20,000 nucleotides of DNA from Psammoneis japonica (lineage: Eukaryota), in contig QPGO01000047.1 in NCBI GenBank assembly GCA_008632985.1, positions 243,496-263,495 on the forward strand, read 5' to 3'. Positions 11,320-19,000 of the stretch are shown piece after piece (within the stretch, counting starts at the first letter, position 1; each line of letters opens with the position of its first letter). The notes under the pieces are model-generated. The model worked only from the letters and a program-made list of their open reading frames with translations, searched no databases and had not been told where the DNA came from. A program made the translations under genes and the position numbers.

Positions 11320-12891
11320 ATGAGTCTGCGGCGACTCATGATCCTTGCAGATCTGCGCACGACACGCCCAGCATTAGACAAAATAAAGACACTGCCCGTC
11401 ACTCCACTGAGCCTGGGCGAGCGTCTCAAAGAGACAGGATGGGCTGCTTTCTCCTCATTCTGCGCAACAACAGCAACAACATCCACAGGATCAATGTCTT
11501 CATCTGGCAACTCCGCGTTCTCCAAATCTTGACCCTCTCCTTCAAGATCAATGCCATGTTGCAACAGCCCATCATCCACAGGTTTTCCAAATCATCTGTT
11601 GGTTCTTCCACATCTGGCAGATCATTCAAGGCATTGTCAGGCGCCTCGTCTGCTGCCAGAACGACTTCCTTGGCAACAGAATTGTCATCAACAGCAACAG
11701 CAGGATCAGCCAATGGCTCCTCTTCACCCTCACCTTCTAGCACAATGTCATGATGCAACAACCTGTCATCCAAAGGATCACCCGAATTGTCCAACGGCAC
11801 TTCCACATCCAAGGCATCATCTGGCTCCTCACGTGCTTCAACGGCTGCATCCACCTGAACAACTTCCTCCTCGGCGACAGGATCAGCAGCAGCAGCAGCA
11901 ACAACAACAGGATCAGCATTGGGTCCCTCAACCACTGCATCTGCCGGAGCAACAATGGCCTCGACCGGTTCAATTGCCGCTGGAGTCTGCACCCATCCAT
12001 GCCAATGATCATGCCTTGGATGCGTTTGACACTCACGAATGCATTGGTCTGGTTTTCGCTCGTGCTCAAGCAGCGCATCAGCCTGTTGCTCATCATTCAG
12101 GATGGGAATGACACGAGTGTAACGTGGTTGTCGAAGAACGCCTTTGGCCGCCCTGCCAGTGGGGATTGGAGGAAGGTCACTGACAAAGACATTCTTGATC
12201 AGTTCTCCGTCCGGCAGCCACTCTAAATGCCGCTGACGACACTGCCGAGCCAGCTTGTCTTGCTCCTCGTCGACTCCACTCAAGGCAAAGTCCAACTTCC
12301 GATCAGATGGCGCTGGAATCTTGGTTGCATGCTTTGGATCTCGAAGAACTTTTGGAGCAGCCATGCCGGTTGGGACGGCACGATCGCGAACACCGTGCAG
12401 GTTCTGCTTCAGTCCAGCGGGTCTCCATCTGACACTCCCACGGCAAAAGCATTTGCGCTTCAAGAACAGCAGCCAAGTGACCACAAACTGAAAAGCATCA
12501 CAGACAAGCAGAAGAACGAATGCACGGTCCATGCAACCAATGCAACCGCGAGAGCAGCCGAAACAGCATCGCATGCTCGATCCCAAAGAAGTGTGGTGAC
12601 GTCGTCAATTTCCACAATTCGGCAGCACAAGAAACAGACAGTGCTGCCAATCAACTTCAGCGAGCAGCACACGAACACCACAGCAAATGCAGCGAGGAGA
12701 GCTGTGCAGACCGCAAGGACAAAGGCCACCAGTTCTTCAATCATGCAGCGAATCTCGTCCACGGCAATGCACGAGAAAATCCACATTTCCCAAAGCAAAC
12801 CGCTGGCGATTCGGCCGTGGTTCTGCTTGCCGTGAAATGCACGTAGCAGGAGATTGACAAAGAGTGTGATCAGTGCAATGCATGCAATCAT
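11320..12891 (-). pseudogene. Frameshifted gene for a hypothetical protein: hydrophobic N-terminus, acidic Ala/Val/Asp/Glu-rich repeat region, basic RRS.RL tail
   Basis: Three consecutive minus-strand ORFs (12460-12891, 11426-12586, 11085-11579) join into one architecture. It has an internal repeat DDRLLHHDIVLEGEG / DDGLLQHGIDLEGEG and the tail LRRSPRLSGVTGSVFILSNAGRVVRRSARI. It is Cys/His-rich and nearly Tyr-free. The 3' end is approximate. Confidence 0.5.
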
Positions 12892-13973
12892 GATGGGGGT
12901 AATGGCATCAACAAAGACAGATTGGTAAGAGTGTGTTTCAATGCAAGCAAAACTTGAAATTGTGTGGTGAGCGAGACGTCGCTCGTTGTTGTGGCTGCGT
13001 CACATTCGTGAATCGTGAATGTGTAGAAACTGTACCGGTGAAGCCCGTAGAAAAGCCGACAGTCAGTCACGCTTTTCAAGTTTTGACGTGATGTTGCGGC
13101 ACGTTTGCATTCGGTTACTCATAGGCTCTAAGGTAGAAACAATCAGAGGCCGGGATTGATGTTGGATGTATCCATGATGAGTATTATCTATTATAGAGCT
13201 TTTCTCTGCAATGAAATTCAGTGTTGCTACGACAGAGCCCATTCTTCTTAGGCCTACTACAAGTACGGTACGCTTCAGACCCAGAAGTAGCATGCAGATT
13301 CTGGTGCTTGCTCCCGTGACACGCCACAAATCAAACTAGTTGAACGATCCTCCCGGTGATACCATGGTAACTGACAACGAATGCATTCTTGATTGAAGAC
13401 GTCGACAGGGTAAGACTGTCCTCGTCGTTGAGGAGTAGCCTCACTGAGTCTGAGCTCGACGGAAACGGTCCCACAATCCAACAAAGTAAGAGCCGAACTA
13501 AGAGTATCGTCGGATTTCTTTTTGCTTTGTTTTGGCAACACGAGTGCCAATACTTTATTCAGAAGTAAGTCACCGAGAAGTACAATTGATCTTTTCAAAC
13601 CATGCCATTCAAATAACTCCATTTTGCACACCATGCGCGACGCTCTGAAGGTCCTAATTCCGGTGTTATTTGAAGGGAGCATTGCCATGCATCATGTGAA
13701 AAAAGTTTCGTAAAAGGGACGACAGAGGATGATTCCAAGATAAGGCACATAGCACCAGATCCTCTTTTCTCCGAAAAGGCATTCTCTCAAAGCCATAGGC
13801 TCATTCCCAAGCGCCATCCAAAAATAATGATAAACAAATGTTGCTTCGCAGAGTGATCTCATGATGGTAAGTATGAACTCGTAGGCAGCCCATTCTTTTG
13901 CTTGATGAAACTCGTTCGTGAGGATCCTTAGCGTCCAGAGCGAATCCACGTGGGCGGCACATAGCCAGGAGAG

Positions 13974-15461
13974 TCAGCGACTGTTGGTGTTAAAAGCGAG
14001 AAACGTCACAAGCAAGTAGCAGAGATGAAGATTTGTGAAAGCCTCCGGCATCCAATTCCTGCTTGCTTCTGGTCCATACCTGTCCCTGGCAGCCAAACTA
14101 TTGAATTGATTCTTGCTTCCGCCATGACTCAGTAGGATCTTGATACAACCGTCCCGTCCAAGCTGACACGCCAGCATTAGCGGTGTAGTCGAAATCTCGT
14201 CATCATTTTGCTCTCGACTTGTCTTTGTATATCTGTTCTTCCTCTCGAAATCGTCATTCAGCCACAACATTCTAAGCAAGTGCGGCCTATCCAAGCAAAT
14301 GGCAAGTCCAACAGGCGAAAGCTTTTTCATTGCGCAAAAGCCATGGACCTCACTTAAGCCCAACTCCTTCAACTCAACCGGCTTGTTCAGCCCAATGTTG
14401 ACACCATGATCATTTCTGTAGACGTCCAAGAGTTGCGAAACCGCAACGGAATCATCGTTTTTGACGGCAAGGTGGAGTGGATAAGGATGTCGGAGATAGT
14501 CATTGACCATGACGACGTCGGCTTTCGCCGTATCTGAAATGCCTCGACAAGCTATATGTGATTCATCAGTTTCAGTGTCTATTGATGCGTCAGACGAAGC
14601 GGTCGAGCCACTGCTACTGTCATCGCTGCTTTCCGAAGGAGAGTCCTCTTCGTGCAGCCGTTGTTCTCGTTGTTGCTGTTTCTTTTCTCTGATAATTTGC
14701 CTCCATCGGTTGCGCAGTTTTGCCATGCCCCAAGGCGCCGATTGGGTATAGCATGATGATACCGATAACTGCTGAATATCTCCCACGGAGGAACAAGTTT
14801 CGTTTTTCGTTTCTAGTGGCTCGGCTACTAACGGAGGTCTGTCTTGGGCTGCAGCTCTTGCTGAGAGAGTCGTAAGTACTGCATTCCCACGCTCTTTCTG
14901 CTCTATCTGCTCTAATCGTTCGTTTTCTTGCTGCTCTTTCTCTTTTCCATGAGCCTGCCACGCCACATCCGACCACTTCCCCTCGTCGCTCGTTTCTCTT
15001 GTCCTATTATGGCTTGCTTTTGTGAAGGATTCACGCACGTCCAACGGAGGAAACAACGACCGAAATTCTGCAAAGGACAAGGCTGTATCCTTTTTATCTT
15101 TAACGTGGCAACCATCAACGGATTGGGTTGTTGATGTACTTTGCTTGTCAATTTTGTCGCGTCGTTTTCGGTTATTTCTGTGATGTTGTTTTCTATTGTT
15201 TTTCTTATTCTCTGTTGCGTTTGTTCCCGCACGGCCGGTATCGCTGTCGTTTGTATTATTTTTTGACGTATCCTTTTCTTTGTCTGCTTTTGTCTTTTCC
15301 TTTCTATTCCTGCGTTTCCTTTGTTGTTTGTTTCTTTTTCTGGTTACTTGTAACGTTGAGCTGCCGCCGCTGTCAAACGATTCGCGTGTGCCTACAGACG
15401 AATGTGCCAAAGGAGGTATGTTTGACGGCAGGAAAACGGGAGCATCAGCTCTCAACGACAT
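13974..15461 (-). CDS. PAM2-motif, basic/low-complexity and ankyrin-repeat protein (possibly 3'-truncated)
   Basis: ATG at 15461 gives MSLRADAPVFLP (PAM2-like), followed by a K/R/N-rich region. Ankyrin-like repeats include YPLHLAVKNDDSVAVSQLL, SPVGLAICLDRPHLLRML and TTPLMLACQLGRDGCIKILLSHG. A probable intron (GTATGG at 14079 to CAG at 13981) is followed by a stop two codons later. TpA content is normal. Confidence 0.7.
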   Translation of the reverse strand: MSLRADAPVFLPSNIPPLAHSSVGTRESFDSGGSSTLQVTRKRNKQQRKRRNRKEKTKADKEKDTSKNNTNDSDTGRAGTNATENKKNNRKQHHRNNRKRRDKIDKQSTSTTQSVDGCHVKDKKDTALSFAEFRSLFPPLDVRESFTKASHNRTRETSDEGKWSDVAWQAHGKEKEQQENERLEQIEQKERGNAVLTTLSARAAAQDRPPLVAEPLETKNETCSSVGDIQQLSVSSCYTQSAPWGMAKLRNRWRQIIREKKQQQREQRLHEEDSPSESSDDSSSGSTASSDASIDTETDESHIACRGISDTAKADVVMVNDYLRHPYPLHLAVKNDDSVAVSQLLDVYRNDHGVNIGLNKPVELKELGLSEVHGFCAMKKLSPVGLAICLDRPHLLRMLWLNDDFERKNRYTKTSREQNDDEISTTPLMLACQLGRDGCIKILLSHGGSKNQFNSLAARDRYGPEASRNWMPEAFTNLHLCYLLVTFLAFNTNSR

Positions 15462-15682
15462 GCTACTACGAAGAAGCAAGAAGGATGTCACTGTGTTGCA
15501 TGGATGGATGTTATGTATGAGGAGGCGTTGCAACGTTGCAAAGTTAATGACTCTGATTTCCGGCACCACGCGCTATGCTCTTGTTACTTTGTTTCTTTGT
15601 GTCTCTCACCAGTCACGAGTCAACAACCGAGTCTGATTCACGGATGACGCTTCCGGTCATGGATCTCTTCTTCCGGAAGAAA

Positions 15683-15893
15683 TGTCCGTTGAGTCTTCTA
15701 GCGATAGTAATCGGAGTGACACACGACCGTTAGGTCATAATGTCATCTCCAATCCCTCGTGAGATCTTCTCATAATTCGTATCTTTAGCGTATCTTATTG
15801 TCCCAAAACTACTTCTTATCATCCTCTGTTGTATTGTACAACCTCAAGAGAGTCCTGAACTCTCCATCCTACACAGTGTATTGTTGTATCCCA
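15683..15893 (+). repeat. Putative 5' LTR (start uncertain)
   Basis: It ends ...TATCCCA three bases before the PBS. The candidate TG start at 15683 follows a 14-bp palindrome. It cannot be confirmed without the 3' LTR. Confidence 0.45.
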
Positions 15894-15896
15894 AGT

Positions 15897-15908
15897 GGTT
15901 ATGAGCCC
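15897..15908 (+). promoter_or_regulatory. Primer binding site, copia half-tRNA-iMet type
   Basis: GGTTATGAGCCC differs by one base from the GGTTATGGGCCC PBS of Drosophila copia-type elements, and sits directly after the CA-ending segment. Confidence 0.65.
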
Positions 15909-15978
15909 AATCCACACACCGGCATCAACTCGCAACGGAGTTGCTGCCACTCGTTCGTCTCGTTACAGACAACATCCC

Positions 15979-16065
15979 ATCCAACGGCGATCTTCTATGT
16001 CGCAATCCAACGGCGATCATCTGTGTCGCAATCCCTGCCTGCTAATCGATCCTCTATGTCGAATC
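15979..16065 (+). repeat. 26-nt tandem repeat in the retrotransposon 5' leader (2 copies plus a partial third)
   Basis: ATCCAACGGCGATCTTCTATGTCGCA (15979-16004), ATCCAACGGCGATCATCTGTGTCGCA (16005-16030) and a partial CGATCCTCTATGTCG (~16047-16061). Confidence 0.85.
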
Positions 16066-16075
16066 ATCCACAACC

Positions 16076-19000
16076 ATGTCCATGGATCCTGACACCGTCA
16101 AGATGTTTGCTGAAGCCTTCGCCAAGATGCAAACCTCGACCAACCCTCCTGCGATCCCCACGCCGCTTCGCGGCGGCACCCACCACTCTCATGGAGTGCA
16201 TCTGGGTGGTTCAGCTCTGAACAACAAGTGTGAGCAGACCGACACCCGCACCTGCCGTTTTGCCTCGCAACGTCGCCATCCGAAAGCTGTCGACTCTGTC
16301 GAGCGATCTCTCCGAGATCAACTCGCTTCGGCAACCACATCCAAGTTCAACGGCCAGATTGAGTTGTCCAACGGTTCCAGCACTGAACTGGACAAAGACC
16401 ACTTCGTCAAGACCATCCAGGACTTGATCGAGTTGCATGGACAAGAAACTTTCTACCATCTCAAGAAAGTCGACGGCAAGGTCGTGCACCTTTTTGATCA
16501 TCTTCACGCCTTCACTGTCAAAGACCTTGAGAAGGAATGTGAGACCCGTGTGGCGGCTGCAGGTGACGAAGGCTACGATCAGCATGAAATCGATGACATC
16601 GGCTCATCACAACTCATCGTCAAGTCGCGCATCACCGAAACCTTCCGTGAAAAGATTGAAACCAAGTTTGGTCACTTGAAGAACTGCAAGGATCTTCCGG
16701 GGTCTGTCTCATTTATGATGGCTCTGGATGCCTGCAACGCCAGTGCTCTGGTTGACGTCAAGGCCGCCAAGGAAAAGTTGAATGACTTAACTCTGGACAC
16801 CTGCCCTGGTGAGGACTGCGCCGAGCTTGCAACCGAAGCTCTGCGCCTGCTCAAGATCATGCAGACGGACTGTGCGCCACCAGTTGAAACTGGGTCCACT
16901 GTTTTATCTAAGGTGTCAAAGACATCCTCCGAGTTTTTCAATCGTCAAGTTTTTGCCAAGCTCGACTCCGTCAAGCGCTTGGAGCGCAAATGTCGCTTGC
17001 GTGACCCGGCAGAAGTCCCCAAGGATGCCGACCACGCGGATCTTGGACCTGTTGGCCTCATTGGCTGGATCACCAAGACCCATGGCGAGCTCATTGGCGA
17101 TGAAGATTGGCCTGCCTCAGCAGCCAAGCTCCCGGAATCCAACCTCACCAAGGACAACTCGGAAAAGCAATGCTGCGGCTGTGGCAAGGTTGGGCACACC
17201 AAACGCACGTGTCCCACCTGCAAGGAGCAATGCAAGAAGGACAAAAAGGGCACGGCGGACAAGTCCAAGGATGACCCTCCGGATGTCCGGAAGACTGACC
17301 CTTCCAAGAAACCACCCAAGCCGGCCTGGCGTTTCGTTCACAAAGGTGCCACTGTCACCGACGAGAAAGGCACGACCTGGCACTGGTGCGACAAGTGTGT
17401 GAACAAGGAAACGGGCAAGAAGGGCATGCATCAAGGCCACTCCTCCGCTCAACACACCGGGAAACCGTCTGTCAAAACCGAAACCACCGCTGCGGCAAAT
17501 TTATCTGCTGTGTCGGACCCCTCTTCGGGCATTCCTTTTGGTCCTCCCGAGCAGACGACGTCTCCGCCTACAGACAAACCCTCTGACCCTAACGAGCTGG
17601 TTTGTTGCGGCATGTGGTGTGCACCTGTGGACGACTCTTTGAGTTCGACTCCAGTGACTACGACCGTCACGTTCACTCCTGCTCCATCGGCCGAGAGGGA
17701 GACTGCCGTGGCCAAACCCGCTCCCATCTTGGTTGAAACGGTTGACCCCGAAGACGCTGACGATTGCTCCGAGCACTCCGACGCTCACTCCTCTTTTGAC
17801 TCCCTGCCGTCAGCTGTCGAGCCATTTCCGGCCTATGCCATGCATGAGATTCAAAATCCGGACGTGTTTTATGACACGATCGCAACTCACGTGGAAGGTC
17901 TGTCCGACGACGTGTTAGACGATCTCGTTTCCGGGGCAAGCATCCCACCTTTCGAAGACAGCTACGAGCACTTACCTCCAAGCACCCAGCATCGCGGTTT
18001 CGAATTTTACGATCCCGAACCCCAAGATGTTGATTGTGGCGTCGAGGAGGCAACGCCGAGCTCTCGTCTTGAGCTCTTCTGGAACTTCTTGAAGCTCCGA
18101 GTTTTCTGGCTGTTTGCCATGTTCTGGGAAACGGTGCTGCACATTTGCTGTGCGCCGATTCCTGTCTTACCTCGTCGCATGCGCGGTAAGGCATTCATCC
18201 CAACCATTCACGGTTTCCCCTCTACCTGGATGGTGCTGACTGGAGCCATCATGGTCTGGGCGTCTGTTTTCAATGGTCAGCTTCCCACGCATCCATTCTC
18301 CAATGTCCCCTCTCGCTTCTCCAAAGCCAGCTCTCAGGTCTGCTCGATCATTGAAGAACTGGACTATGAGACAGTGTTAGATCCGGGCAGTTTGGTGGAA
18401 TGCAACAAGATCAAGGCGCGACAAGTGCTTGCCGAATTTGTGGAGCGCGATCCGGACCATTGTCTGAGCAAGAAATTCACGCAGCTCTGGGAGAACGACG
18501 TGTGCTCTTCCCCAGGCCGCTGTGTCCCTCCAGCTCTAGAAGACCCCGAGTCCCACTTCGACACCTGTGATTCAGAGGAAGCCCTCGGCCCGCTCCCGAC
18601 CGAGCCGAGCCACTACTTTGACACGGTTGAGGAGCTCTCTCCGGACTATTTTCGTTTCGACGAGCTGTCCACCAAGTTTGGTTTCGTGGACACCACTCCA
18701 TGGCAAGACCCTGTGAAGCTTCTCCAGGCAGCTGCTGACGGAACCGAAGCCTGTCCCACTCATACCTCTGTGCAGGTGTTGACAGGCCAACGTTCTTTAG
18801 CACAACTCGCCGCCGACCCGCAAGCTTTGCTGAGCCTGGCACATGAGCGCCACACCGTCACATGCGATGCTGGCGCATCCTTGGCCATCACTTGCGATGA
18901 AAACGACTTTGTCGGACCTCTGACGATCCCTGATGGCCCATTGAAGCTTGGGGGTCTAGCAAATGGCTTAACCATCGCCGGCATCGGACCCGTCTCCTGG

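Larger units (their letters stand above)
3980..12900. other. TpA-depleted, hypermutated mosaic block of host-gene fragments (possible gene-capturing element or degenerate duplication)
   Basis: About 36 TpA in ~8.9 kb by manual count, against 15 in bases 1-240. There is no TpA at all in 4903-5703 or 9354-10148. The block holds several unrelated, frameshifted gene pieces, and no transposase or terminal repeats were recognised. Confidence 0.85.

Noticed and set aside
11551..12111. Poly-Q/His-rich plus-strand protein
   Set aside because: It is the antisense reading of the GTT/GCT (Val/Ala) runs of the minus-strand acidic gene.
3863..12891. Dozens of overlapping 60-220 aa ORFs on both strands as real genes
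   Set aside because: They are explained by loss of TAA/TAG. Recognisable homology switches frames and contains stops, so these are pseudogene pieces or noise.
13275..13949. Two short minus-strand ORFs as further exons of the ankyrin gene
   Set aside because: No recognisable domain, separated by stops, and I could not find a splice path that gives a convincing continuation.
15462..15569. N-terminal extension of the ankyrin ORF from the GTG start in the ORF track
   Set aside because: This is a eukaryotic gene, and the ATG at 15461 directly precedes the PAM2-like motif.
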